Counted from the first letter of the stretch, positions 7,342 through 17,127 are shown. The stretch is 21,748 bases of DNA from Gemmatimonadota bacterium (GCA_036679605.1 JAZDCZ010000059.1:1-21748); one strand, 5' to 3'. The notes: a model not told the origin generated them from the sequence alone. Numbers and translations: made by a program.

Positions 7342-8655
7342 ATGTCCACTCCACGCGCTAACGTTGTCCTGGGGATTCTGGTTCTCGTCTTGGCATACAA
7401 ACTGCCTGGTTTTTTCCATGGATCAGGGCAACCTCCGGTCCGTGCGGCCGAGGTTGTTGCTGAGCAGGTTAGAAGTAGTAGTTCCCATCGATTGAACGAC
7501 ATTCCTAAACCCGTGATCGAAGCCTCGAGTTCCGCTCGGCCTCCGACGAGAGAGCCTTCGCATCAAGGCCCCGGCTCTACAGTCTTCGGAACACGGTGGG
7601 GTTCGATCGTGCAAGACCTTCTCGACGCGTATGAGACGAGAGGCCACTTCGTGAGGCCCCGAATTGCGCGCATTCTTCTCGAGCTGGAAGGCGTTGATCG
7701 ATGCGACTCCATCCGCCGTGACGATCTCAGACGAGCTCTGGGATCGCGGATACTCGAGTCCGATCATCATCAGCGCTTGGAAACCCTCGATTTCGCTCTC
7801 TTTTGGTATGAAGAGATGTCGTCGCACCCAATCCTGGACACCCTCATCACAGCTCTGATGAAAGTCGAGGACGAGGATTTGCACCAGATCCGACGAAGCA
7901 TTTTTGCGCGGGCCAAGAAACGAAAGCAAGAGGCTTTTGCGGAGAATCCTGCGGCTGTCCTAGCCGCACTCAACGATTGGACCCATCCTGCGAGGCTCGT
8001 TGGGGCACTCGCTTTCATCAATAGCGGGGATGCGATTCAAATACCTGGGGTCGTGCGAGCACTGCATGAAATAGTCTTTTCCGACCTCCCTTCCGAGATC
8101 AGATCCAAGGCGTTGTTCCGGTTCTTCCACGATCCGGAACGCGGTGGAACTTCGTTCTTGTTCGACATACTCGCCGGCATTCGGGATGTGGCTGTCATGA
8201 ATACCGCGGTGCGACTGCTGTCCGGTCTTGTGGGAGGCGAGGTTTCCTCCTTGCTCGTGACGATACTATCCGAACCTGATCTGCCCGGTGATGAGGACGA
8301 TGTGGCTCGTCGCTTTGCCATCCACGGGCTCGCGCGCCAGCGATCAAACCCGGATATCACTCATGCTCTCCTCTTGGCGTACGATTCTGAGACCGACGTC
8401 TCGTCGAGAATTAGCGTTCTGGCGGCTATGAAATCTCATGCGGGGCAAGCCCCGATCGGGGAGAAGCTGCTGCAACTGGTCGAAAACGGGGAGAGCCCCA
8501 ACGAGCGCGCAGAAGCCGCGTTGAGCTTGGCAAACGCGGACCTTCCTCAAGTTGTCGAGACTCTGGCCCAGGTCGCGAGGGACGACCCCAGCCTCGTCGT
8601 CAGAAAAGCGGCGCGTCTTGCTCTGGAAAACTATGAGTCTGCGCACTCAGGGTGA
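7342..8655 (+). CDS. Membrane-anchored HEAT-repeat protein
   Basis: N-terminal hydrophobic VVLGILVLVLAY, Pro/Ser linker, and C-terminal HEAT-like repeats (DVARRFAIHGLAR, PNERAEAALSLAN, DDPSLVVRKAARLALE). Alternative start at 7312. Confidence 0.8.
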   Translation: MSTPRANVVLGILVLVLAYKLPGFFHGSGQPPVRAAEVVAEQVRSSSSHRLNDIPKPVIEASSSARPPTREPSHQGPGSTVFGTRWGSIVQDLLDAYETRGHFVRPRIARILLELEGVDRCDSIRRDDLRRALGSRILESDHHQRLETLDFALFWYEEMSSHPILDTLITALMKVEDEDLHQIRRSIFARAKKRKQEAFAENPAAVLAALNDWTHPARLVGALAFINSGDAIQIPGVVRALHEIVFSDLPSEIRSKALFRFFHDPERGGTSFLFDILAGIRDVAVMNTAVRLLSGLVGGEVSSLLVTILSEPDLPGDEDDVARRFAIHGLARQRSNPDITHALLLAYDSETDVSSRISVLAAMKSHAGQAPIGEKLLQLVENGESPNERAEAALSLANADLPQVVETLAQVARDDPSLVVRKAARLALENYESAHSG

Positions 8656-8809
8656 AGGCGGATCTCGCCCCCGCATCGATGTCCTCGGCGGAACGTAAGC
8701 GTGTGGTCCCTCGGCGCGATGCCCACCGAGGTCGCCATGGCTGCAGAATTGTATTCTGAGCCGCGGGAATGCTTCGCGAGCGACGTGCCTCAGGTGCTGC
8801 AGCCCCTCC

Positions 8810-8905
8810 TTGTCCGGCTTCGAGTGCTGGCGGTTGTACGACCACCAAACGGATCAGGTCGTCTCTGAGATGCCGCGACGCAAGCCCTGGTGGAAGCTAT
8901 GGTAG
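8810..8905 (+). pseudogene. Orphan 3' gene fragment ending in KPWWKLW*
   Basis: Frame reads ...WRLYDHQTDQVVSEMPRRKPWWKLW-TAG. KPWWK[FL]W is a recurrent bacterial C-terminal motif; no credible start or RBS. Confidence 0.45.
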
Positions 8906-9052
8906 CGAGTCATGTGGCGCAGATCTTAGTCATCGGAGAGTCTGATATCGCAATCGCGCGGGCCGACGAAACGACTTGGCAAAAGCCGCTCCGCCGGTGG
9001 CCCGGGGTGGTCATTGTGCTGCTGCAGTGGCCGGGGAGGCCGGAGAACGCGG

Positions 9053-10480
9053 GTGGGTGATTCCAAAGACTCGGCCTTCGCCCAAGCCATTGTCCCGGTC
9101 GGCTTTCTGATCGTGGTCATTTCGTACGGCTTGGTGGCCCGACCCCTCTTCCTGGGGCAGCCGGCGTTTCCGTTGGAACTGGTGTTTGTCTTCGCTGCCG
9201 CCTTTGCCGTAGCCCATCTTCGGTGGCTCGGACATTCTTGGCTCGATATCCAGGCCTCAGTGGTTTCCAGAATCGGGACGGCCATGCCGGCCTTCTTCAT
9301 TCTGTTCGCCATCGGTCTCCTGATCGCCTCCTGGATGGTGTCCGGCACCATCCCGATGCTGGTCTATTACGGCATCACCATCATCACTCCCGGAATGCTG
9401 TACGCCCTCGCGTTCGTGGTACCGGTGCTCTTCTCGACACTTACCGGAACGTCTTGGGGAAGCGTTGGCACGATAGGCGTCGTGATCATGGGAATTGGAA
9501 TTGCCTCTGGTGCGGACCCGGGGATCCTGGCCGGGGCCATCATCGGCGGAGCCTACTTCGGCGATAAACTCTCGCCGCTATCGGATACAACCAATCTCGC
9601 GGCACTGGGAGCCGGTGTGGATCTCTTCGACCATATCCGGTCAATGCTCTGGACCACTGTTCCGTCGGCGCTCATCGCGCTTTCACTCTACGTGATCTTG
9701 GGACTCGTGGACCCGCCCGGTGCTGGCGTTGCGAACGCAGATGCTCAGGCCTTCTCGGCGGCTCTGAGCCGCATGTTCGCGTTTCATCCGCTTCTCCTGC
9801 TCCCGCCGGGGCTTGTGCTTTGGGGCTCTCTCAAGAAATACCCGACCATTCCCGTACTCCTGGGCTCCATTTTGTCGGCGATGGTGCTCGGGCTGTTCAT
9901 CCAACGATTCACTCTGGCGGATACACTCCTGGCGCTACGAGGAGGCTTCTCTGCCGACATGGCCACGTGGATGGACGAGATCCCGGACGGCGTGCGGACC
10001 CTCGTCGACCGTGGCGGGCTGTACTCCATGAGCGAGGCCATTTTCACGGCGTTCCTGGTATTCTTCTTCATAGGCGCCATCGATAGAATCGACGCCATGT
10101 CCGTTGTGGTGAGCCGCGTCTTCCGTTTCGCCCGGACCAGAAGCGCCGTGATCCTGTCTGCCCTCGGGGCGACTGCGGTGACCAATGCTATGACCTCGAA
10201 CCAATACGCGACCAGCTTCATCGTGGGCGACGCGTTCAGGCGCCGGTTCGACGATCTCAAGATCTCGCGCCGGGTGTTGTCCCGGTCGCTTGAGGACACC
10301 GGGACGATGCTCGAGAGCCTGGTGCCGTGGCATGCCACCGCACTTTTTATGGTGGCCACCCTCGGAGTCTCCGTGGCGGACTACTGGCACTGGCAGTTCC
10401 TGTCCCTCGCCAACTTTGTGGTCGCGCCAATCCTGGCGATCACCGGCATCGGGTGTTTCTACGAGGAAAAAAAGAGCTAG
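9053..10480 (+). CDS. nhaC: NhaC-family Na+/H+ antiporter or amino acid transporter
   Basis: Motifs SWMVSGTIPMLVYYG, TGTSWGSVGTIG, GAYFGDKLSPLSDTTNLA, LSRSLEDTGT, LVPW; many TM helices; GTG 9053 follows GGAG. Confidence 0.92.
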   Translation: MGDSKDSAFAQAIVPVGFLIVVISYGLVARPLFLGQPAFPLELVFVFAAAFAVAHLRWLGHSWLDIQASVVSRIGTAMPAFFILFAIGLLIASWMVSGTIPMLVYYGITIITPGMLYALAFVVPVLFSTLTGTSWGSVGTIGVVIMGIGIASGADPGILAGAIIGGAYFGDKLSPLSDTTNLAALGAGVDLFDHIRSMLWTTVPSALIALSLYVILGLVDPPGAGVANADAQAFSAALSRMFAFHPLLLLPPGLVLWGSLKKYPTIPVLLGSILSAMVLGLFIQRFTLADTLLALRGGFSADMATWMDEIPDGVRTLVDRGGLYSMSEAIFTAFLVFFFIGAIDRIDAMSVVVSRVFRFARTRSAVILSALGATAVTNAMTSNQYATSFIVGDAFRRRFDDLKISRRVLSRSLEDTGTMLESLVPWHATALFMVATLGVSVADYWHWQFLSLANFVVAPILAITGIGCFYEEKKS

Positions 10481-10483
10481 GCT

Positions 10484-11653
10484 ATGCGCGACGACACCAT
10501 TCTCAATCACGATAAGTTGTACCCGTTCGGTGCCGTCGTCCCACCGCTCTACCAGACGTCCACATTCGGTTTCGAGAGTTGGGAGGCTCTCGACGGGGCT
10601 TTTGACGACCGTACCGGTACACCCATTTACTCCAGGCAGATCAATCCCACCGTCCGTCTCGCCGAGCAGAAATTGGCTGCGCTGGCAGGGGCCGAATCTG
10701 CTCGACTCTTTGGGAGCGGAATGGCGGCCATCAGCGCGTCCATCCTTCATGTCGTCGGCCATGGTGATCACATCATCACCATCAAGAATGTCTACGGGCC
10801 TACCAGTACGTTCCTGGCTTCCTACCTCCCGGAGAAGGCCGGCACGTCGATCTCGTTCGTTGACGGCGCCGATCTGAGCGAGGTCGAAGAGGCCCTGCAG
10901 CCAAGGACTCGCCTGATCTACCTGGAATCGCCCTCCTCGGCCGTCTTCGGAATCCAGGACATTCGGGCGATATCCGAAATGGCGCACGAACGTGACATTC
11001 GAGTGATTGTCGACAACACCTGGGCCACGCCGGTCTATCAGAAGACCCTTGAGCTCGGTGCCGATCTGGAGGTGCACAGCGCCTCCAAGTACCTCTGCGG
11101 GCATAGCGATGTCGTGGCGGGGGCGGTGATTGGCAACAAGCAGGACATCGACTCGATCGCGGTGCGCGAAGGAGAGTTGCTTGGAGCAAAGATGGCCCCG
11201 TTCGAGGCTTGGCTCATGCTCAGAAGCCTCCGGACGCTCACGGCTCGATTGGACCGCCATCAGCGGAATGCCAGAACCGTGGTTGACTACCTGGACTCCC
11301 ACGAGGCGGTCGCGGAGGTCAGGTGGGCAGGATTGGCATCGCATCCACAAGGCGATCTTGCTCGAAGGCAGATGTCAGGCTTCACCGGCCTGCTGGGCTT
11401 TGTCCTCAAGACCAAAGACGTCACATCCGTCCGGCGTTTCTTTGACAGTCTGCAGCTCTTCCGCCGGGCGGTGAGTTGGGGAGGCCACGACAGCCTGGTG
11501 TACGCTCCGGCCATCAGCTACCTGAAAGAGCAGCCACCCGAGCGTTTTTCCGAATTGGGGATATCCGTGGGTGACATCCGGATTTCGGTTGGCCTCGAGG
11601 ACCCCGAAGACCTGGTGCAGGACTTGAAGCAGGCCTTTGAGGCCATGTCGTGA
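10484..11653 (+). CDS. Cys/Met metabolism PLP-dependent enzyme (cystathionine beta/gamma-lyase or methionine gamma-lyase family)
   Basis: VPPLYQTSTF, YSRQINPT, SGMAAI, YLESPS, VDNTWATP, PLP lysine motif HSASKYLCGHSDVVAG, IRISVGLED; starts 3 nt after the transporter stop. Confidence 0.95.
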   Translation: MRDDTILNHDKLYPFGAVVPPLYQTSTFGFESWEALDGAFDDRTGTPIYSRQINPTVRLAEQKLAALAGAESARLFGSGMAAISASILHVVGHGDHIITIKNVYGPTSTFLASYLPEKAGTSISFVDGADLSEVEEALQPRTRLIYLESPSSAVFGIQDIRAISEMAHERDIRVIVDNTWATPVYQKTLELGADLEVHSASKYLCGHSDVVAGAVIGNKQDIDSIAVREGELLGAKMAPFEAWLMLRSLRTLTARLDRHQRNARTVVDYLDSHEAVAEVRWAGLASHPQGDLARRQMSGFTGLLGFVLKTKDVTSVRRFFDSLQLFRRAVSWGGHDSLVYAPAISYLKEQPPERFSELGISVGDIRISVGLEDPEDLVQDLKQAFEAMS

Positions 11654-11729
11654 GGATTTCTTGTCGTCGTCTATCGGCCGGGGCGGATCATCACCGGGCA
11701 GGTACGAAACATTCGTCAGCGGTATCGAT

Positions 11730-12923
11730 CTATACTCCAGGTTCACGAACAAGACCCGTCTCAAGCAGTTTCCAGCAATATAACTGCATTCGTGGGAGAT
11801 GAAACGGCCCTTTCCAGTGGTTTCCCTTGAGTGGCACAGACACGCGACCGTCTCGGTGAAGGTATCCAAACCACTCCCCGTGCTTTGGGTCAGGGAAGTG
11901 CGCGTATGACCATTCATGCACGCGCCGGTGCCAGTCCTCGTATCGATCGTGGCCAGTGAGCTGATGCGCGAGGAGGGTGGCGATAATGGCCTCGTTGTGC
12001 GGCCACCAGAACTTCATGTCGTGCCAGTACTCTTGGACCGGCTTTTCGTGGAGGTCTCGGTAGTAGAACAGCCCTCCGTGCTCCTCGTCCCAACCGCGGA
12101 CCCACATCCAGTCCAGCATCCGCGTGCCCAATTCGATCAGGTCCGGCTGGCAATTACGAATCCTTGCTTCGTGGAGCACAAACCAAGCCGCCTCAATCGC
12201 GTGACCTGGATTCAACAACCGACCGTCAAAGTGGTCGAGTATCTCTCCGTTGGGCCCGATGTTCTCCATCACGACTTCATGATCACGCTTGACGAAGCCA
12301 CCGCGGATTTCGGCGATACACCGGTCGATCCACTCGGATGCTCCCGCGAAACCGATCGATTCCCGGAGTACCTGTGCGAGGTTGATCGTGATCATCAATG
12401 GCCCCAGCGATTTCATGGGACGCGTTCGTGAGTCCACCTTGTCTGGGATCAACCCGGGTGTGAACGAATACTTTACGAATTGCTCGAACAACGATCGCGC
12501 TCGTTCTTCGTGAGCCGCACTCTGCGCGGCCTTGGCATATGCCGCGAAGGCCATGCATGTGAAGGCGACTGAATATACATAGCGGCGCTTTCGCAACGGG
12601 CGGCCTTCACGCGTAACCAAAAAGAACATCTGACCGTCTTCATCGAAGGCGTGTTTCTCGAGAAACTCGATCCCGTTCTTTGCGAGAGCGATCCACTCGT
12701 CTCTTGGTTCGACGGTGTTGTAGAGGGTGGCCAGCAGCCACGAGAACCGACCTTGAGGCCAGATCGCCTTGTCGCTATCGACGACCGTTCCATCGCGATC
12801 CAGCGAAGTCAGGAACCCGCCGTGTTCGCGGTCCACGGCGTGCCGAATCCAGAACGGGAGCGTATCCAGAAGAAGGCCATCGCGGTACGTCGCGATCAGG
12901 CTGTCCTTGCGCTCGGGAGTCAC
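11730..12923 (-). CDS. AGE-family N-acylglucosamine 2-epimerase (397 aa)
   Basis: LPFW...DREHGGF, DKAIWPQGR, NPGHAIEAAWF, GWDEEHGGLFY, KFWWPHNE, GEWFGYLHRDG, KGPFHLPR. The GTG start overlaps the upstream TGA (GTGA). Confidence 0.93.
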   Translation of the reverse strand: MTPERKDSLIATYRDGLLLDTLPFWIRHAVDREHGGFLTSLDRDGTVVDSDKAIWPQGRFSWLLATLYNTVEPRDEWIALAKNGIEFLEKHAFDEDGQMFFLVTREGRPLRKRRYVYSVAFTCMAFAAYAKAAQSAAHEERARSLFEQFVKYSFTPGLIPDKVDSRTRPMKSLGPLMITINLAQVLRESIGFAGASEWIDRCIAEIRGGFVKRDHEVVMENIGPNGEILDHFDGRLLNPGHAIEAAWFVLHEARIRNCQPDLIELGTRMLDWMWVRGWDEEHGGLFYYRDLHEKPVQEYWHDMKFWWPHNEAIIATLLAHQLTGHDRYEDWHRRVHEWSYAHFPDPKHGEWFGYLHRDGRVSVPLKGNHWKGPFHLPRMQLYCWKLLETGLVREPGV

Positions 12924-13535
12924 TGGGCACCACCGGGCTCGTCGTCGCGCTGCAACGTGTGAATGGTCAGACCCTCGACGGATCGCGTCGCACCCGGAAG
13001 CGCCACGCTCGCGACGTACCCGACGACAACGCAAGTTGTCATCCCCACGGCCGCATAGAGCAAACCACTGAGATCAGTACTCGTCTTGACGTAGGTGAGT
13101 GCCGCCACCGCCGCTACGGCGCCGATGATGGCGCCAGTCGAGGTCGCTCGCGTGCTCATGATGCCAAGGGCAAAGAGCCCGGCCATGGTGCCGCCGAGTA
13201 GGCCGATGTAGGAGAGGAATTGATCCCACATGGACTTCACTTCGAACTGGGCCATGACGATGGCGGTTGCCGTACCGACGACACCGAGAAGCACAGTCAC
13301 CCATCGGGCGACCGTGAGGTAGGCCTGTTCTTCGCGATGCGGCGAAACGCGCTTGAATAGGTCCGTGGTGACAACGGCGGAGATCGAGTTCATGCTGCTG
13401 TCGAGGCTTGACATCGCCGCTGCAAACACACCGGCAACGACGAGGCCGGCAATGCCTACGGGCAACTCCTGAACGATGAACCACGCGAAGATCTGGTCCG
13501 GTGGTCCGACCGGATTCAGCCTCTCGGGATGCTGG
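12920..13535 (-). pseudogene. Sodium:solute symporter (probable SiaT-type sialic acid transporter), 5'-truncated
   Basis: HPERLNP...DQIFAWFIVQELPVGIAGLVVAGVFAAAMSSLDSSMNSISAVVTTD is the SSS C-terminal half. Only about 200 aa remain, and the upstream sequence belongs to an opposite-strand gene. Confidence 0.85.
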
Positions 13536-13820
13536 GCCGCTCGAAACCGATTCATGCACCGTGCGGTCACGGAGTCCAGGTTGCTCTCGCGAGTGTTCAT
13601 TCGACATCGCGATCTCGACAGACTCTTGTCTCTGCGCGTCGCGGCACGCACTTGCCTCAAGCACCGCCGCCTCGCTCGAGCGTTGTCTCGCGGAGAACGC
13701 GAAAGGGCTTCGCACCTGATGCGCGGGCAGATTCAGGATGGCCGTCGGCACGTCGTCGGCCTTCTAAGGCAGCAAAGGCAAGACGGTGAGGACCCGAGCA
13801 AGCTTCGGAAGGGAGTCTGA
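13536..13820 (+). pseudogene. GntR/FadR-family regulator, C-terminal FCD fragment
   Basis: AARNRFMHRAV...RTCLKHRRLARALSRGERERASHLMRGQIQDG matches the FCD pattern (aaxNxxL...H..I..Ai..gd.e.A...m..hi). The wHTH and first FCD half are absent; the stop lies 31 nt before the sialidase ATG. Confidence 0.65.
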
Positions 13821-13851
13821 TTTGCGAGGGTCTATTTATGGAGACGCAGTG

Positions 13852-15522
13852 ATGAGGTGGGGATCTTCCTTCGTCGTTTGTTGGTTTGTGATCGCAGGCA
13901 CGCCGCACGTGGCCGGCGCGCCGGTCGATTCGTTTGCATCGTACGCACTCGGAAAAAACCCCGGCAACCCGGTTGGGCAGCCGCTCCGCCCGATGCGCAT
14001 CGTGTCCGTGACAACCGAGCAACCCGTGCTACCGGTCCTCGTCGGCAACGTGATCAACCCAATCATACGAGTCCGGATCGTGACAGAAGGGTCGCTCAAA
14101 CCAATCGCGGTCACCGGTGTGCGTTGGACCCTCAGCAGCGAGGCGGGGCTGCGAGAGATTGCAGGCGCGACAGCTTACGTAGGGACGAGCCCAGCCCTTG
14201 AATCGCGTCGACCCAATGAGTGCTTCGGCGTCAAGGATATGCTTGGGCGATCCAAGGTGCGGGGGCCGTCGATCCAGATGACTGGCTCGAGGCAGTTGGT
14301 TCAGGGGGACAACTACTTGTGGCTGTCGGTGTCGTTGTCCGAAGAGACCGGTATCGATGGCTGGATCGACGCTGAGTGTGTCGGCGTGGCGTTCTCCAAC
14401 GGACGGAAAATCGTGCCGACCATCACCGATCCGCACGGTGTCCAACGGTTCGGCGTGGCGGTGCGCAACGCTGGCGACGACGGCGTTGCGGTCTGCCGCA
14501 TTCCCGGTGTCATCACGACCAAGCGAGGCACGGTGGTCGCGGTCTATGACATTCGCCATGGAGGTTGGGGCGACCTGCCAGGAAATATCGACGTTGGCGC
14601 GAGTCGCTCAACCGACGGTGGAACAACATGGGAACCCATGCGCATCATCATGGACATGGGCGATGATCCACGGTGGAATTACGACGGTGTCGGTGATCCG
14701 GCGGTTCTATACGACAAGAGCACAGACACGATCTGGGTGGCGGGCACATGGAGCCATGGCAACCGCTCGTGGACTGGTTCAGGTCCGGGGCTCAAGCCGA
14801 TGGAGACCGGGCAGCTCCTCCTCGTCAAGAGCAGCGACGACGGGCAAAACTGGTCTGATCCGATCAACATCACCGGCCAGATCAAGGATCCACAATGGGC
14901 GTTCGTGCTGCAATCCCCCGGGCGAGGCACGGTTCTTTGTGACAACACACTGGTCTTTCCCGCGCAATACCAAACCCATCCCGACGATGGTCGTGTGCCA
15001 CACGCCACCATCATCTACTCTCGAGACCAAGGCAAGACCTGGAAGATCGGGCGCGGGGCAAAACCCAATACGACGGAGAGCCGAGTCGTCGAGCTGGAGC
15101 CGGGGACCCTCATGCTCAACATACGCGACAATCGCGGTGGGTCGAGGGCGGTCTACGTGACGCGTGATCTGGGAAACACCTGGAAGCTCCACCCTTCGAG
15201 CCGCGGGGCGCTCCGCGAGCCAGTCTGCAACGCGGGGTTGATCCGCGTTCGCGCGGGCGCGGATCCTCGCCACCCGTGGCTCGCGTTTGTCAATCCGAAT
15301 GTTGCGCGAAGTCCGCGCCGCCGGATCACACTCAAGCTCAGTACCGATGGAGGACTGACGTGGCCCACCTCGCGGCACCTCCTACTCGATGAAGGGCGCA
15401 GCGCCGGGTACGCGAGCCTCACGATGATCGACGAGAACACGATCGGCGTCCTCTACGAGGGAAGTCGAGCCCACTTGACATTTCAGCGCATTCCGCTGCG
15501 CGCGTTGCTCGGTGACGATTGA
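13852..15522 (+). CDS. Exo-alpha-sialidase (GH33) with signal peptide and N-terminal accessory domain
   Basis: RIP motif (CRIPG); five Asp-boxes (STDGGTTW, SDDGQNW, SRDQGKTW, TRDLGNTW, STDGGLTW); catalytic-type residues in GDP, TTE, NIR and GYASL...LYE; GGAG RBS. Confidence 0.93.
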   Translation: MRWGSSFVVCWFVIAGTPHVAGAPVDSFASYALGKNPGNPVGQPLRPMRIVSVTTEQPVLPVLVGNVINPIIRVRIVTEGSLKPIAVTGVRWTLSSEAGLREIAGATAYVGTSPALESRRPNECFGVKDMLGRSKVRGPSIQMTGSRQLVQGDNYLWLSVSLSEETGIDGWIDAECVGVAFSNGRKIVPTITDPHGVQRFGVAVRNAGDDGVAVCRIPGVITTKRGTVVAVYDIRHGGWGDLPGNIDVGASRSTDGGTTWEPMRIIMDMGDDPRWNYDGVGDPAVLYDKSTDTIWVAGTWSHGNRSWTGSGPGLKPMETGQLLLVKSSDDGQNWSDPINITGQIKDPQWAFVLQSPGRGTVLCDNTLVFPAQYQTHPDDGRVPHATIIYSRDQGKTWKIGRGAKPNTTESRVVELEPGTLMLNIRDNRGGSRAVYVTRDLGNTWKLHPSSRGALREPVCNAGLIRVRAGADPRHPWLAFVNPNVARSPRRRITLKLSTDGGLTWPTSRHLLLDEGRSAGYASLTMIDENTIGVLYEGSRAHLTFQRIPLRALLGDD

Positions 15523-15744
15523 GGCACGGAGCGTTCCGTGAGGTGTCCCTCCGCTCGTAACCTCAATGGAGCCAACGAGCACAAGTTTTCGGGAGGGGAC
15601 ACCGGTGGACCCGCATCATCGAGAAACAGGCGAAGAGACCAGTTTTTCTTGCTTGGCGCCCCGGGTTTTGGTGTATTGATCTGCGGGCGAGAATCACAAG
15701 TGTGGACTGTTCAAGTTTCACCCGAGACCCTGGGGAAGTCGATC

Positions 15745-17098
15745 ATGGCCAACAAAGAAGTCTCTAATCCAACCTACATGGCGGATATCCGCCACTTTTT
15801 CACCCCGGGCGACAAAAAATGCATGGGGGGTATGGGTATCGATCTTGCCACCTATGGCGGAGTGAAGTTCAACGCCCTACGCATCTACTTCAAGGTCAGA
15901 GACGGGGAGATGCCGTTGGGCGGCCCCCGCTGGACGAACGCACGGGTGGAGACGTTCTACAATTGGATGAAGAACGGCTACCCGCGCGGTACCGTCGCGC
16001 CCACTCGTCCGACGTCGCTCAAGAAGACCGATGCTCGGCACGCACGCCGGGCAGCGAAACGCGAGGACGCTGCCACCTACAGCGGCACTAAACTCGACAA
16101 ACTCAAGGCTGCGTTCCAAGGCATGATGGATAAGGATCCGACGGATCCTGACAGCTATTTCGCGCTCGCGGGAATCCACTGGTTGCCTAGGCCTGACGTG
16201 TACTGCCGGCACCACGAAAACGCATACAACCCCTGGCACCGCGCGTACCTGAACAGATTCGAGGATGCGATGCGCCGTGTTTCGGGATGCGAGAATGTGA
16301 CTCTGCCGTATTGGGACATTACTAGCAGTTCGATCCCCGCCTTCTTGTTCAAGGCGCCTTTCGCCAGCTACGAATATCCCGAGGACCTCGAAGATCTCAA
16401 TGGCAAACTTGTTGTCTCCAAAGGCGATAGCACCCGACGAAGGACCCCCGCCGCCATTCTGAGCCAAATCAAATCTAGAGATATTTCGGGAATCATCGAT
16501 GGCGCGCTTGGCAACTCACACTGGGAGCGCTTTAACGGTTGGGATGCCGGCAACACGCAGAGTGGGATTATCTCAGCTCACGACAATGGGCATAACGCGT
16601 GTGGGCCGACTATGATCAACCAGGACGTGGCTGCGTTCGATCCGATTTTCTGGTTCTTCCATAGCAACTGGGACCGCATTTGGTGGGACTGGCAGCGCGC
16701 CTACGACGCGACTACAGTCGATACATTTAAGAGCCATCTCACCGGGGCGGGGGACTGGTTGGAGGATCCGGTGTACGTTCAAGCTCGACACTCCCAAGAA
16801 GGTTTCCGTGCGCGTGAAGAACATAGATCGCCTGAAAATCCCCGGCAGCTTCGACGTCGTACTGCAGGTGAAGGGCAAGGACGTCGCCAGGAAGGGGCTG
16901 TTTCAGTCAACGACGCCGACGCAGTGCTCGGCTTGCCGGAGGAAGGCGCTCGCCAGTTTCGATTTCGAGGTAAACCTAGCCGCGCTCAACGGGCCAGTCT
17001 GCGTCAAAATCGTCCTCTACCGTGGCGGTAAAGAGATCAATTTCCCGCTCGCCTCTTGCGGAAACCCTAGCGTTAACGCGCGCTTCCTGCTGACCTGA
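15745..17098 (+). pseudogene. Tyrosinase (type-3 copper) family gene with a frameshift near 16774, probably by internal deletion
   Basis: CuA: GIHW...CRHHENAYNPWHRAYL. CuB: SAHDNGH...AAFDPIFWFFHSNWDRIW. After WLEDPV the sensible frame shifts to TFKLDTPKKVSVRVKNIDRLKIPGSF...QCSAC...NPSVNARFLLT* (ORF 16808..17098). Confidence 0.85.
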
Positions 17099-17127
17099 GA
17101 AATTGCAGGCATCGACCGACGGGAGCG

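Noticed and set aside
9935..11350. 471-aa minus-strand ORF
   Set aside because: Antisense shadow of nhaC and the PLP enzyme in GC-rich DNA; no motifs.
12920..13660. 246-aa ORF as a complete small transporter
   Set aside because: Its first 40 or so residues are antisense to the GntR fragment, and the SSS fold needs the missing N-terminal helices.
16760..16800. Programmed ribosomal frameshift in the tyrosinase
   Set aside because: No slippery run at the junction, and the end of the catalytic domain appears to be missing, which favours a deletion.
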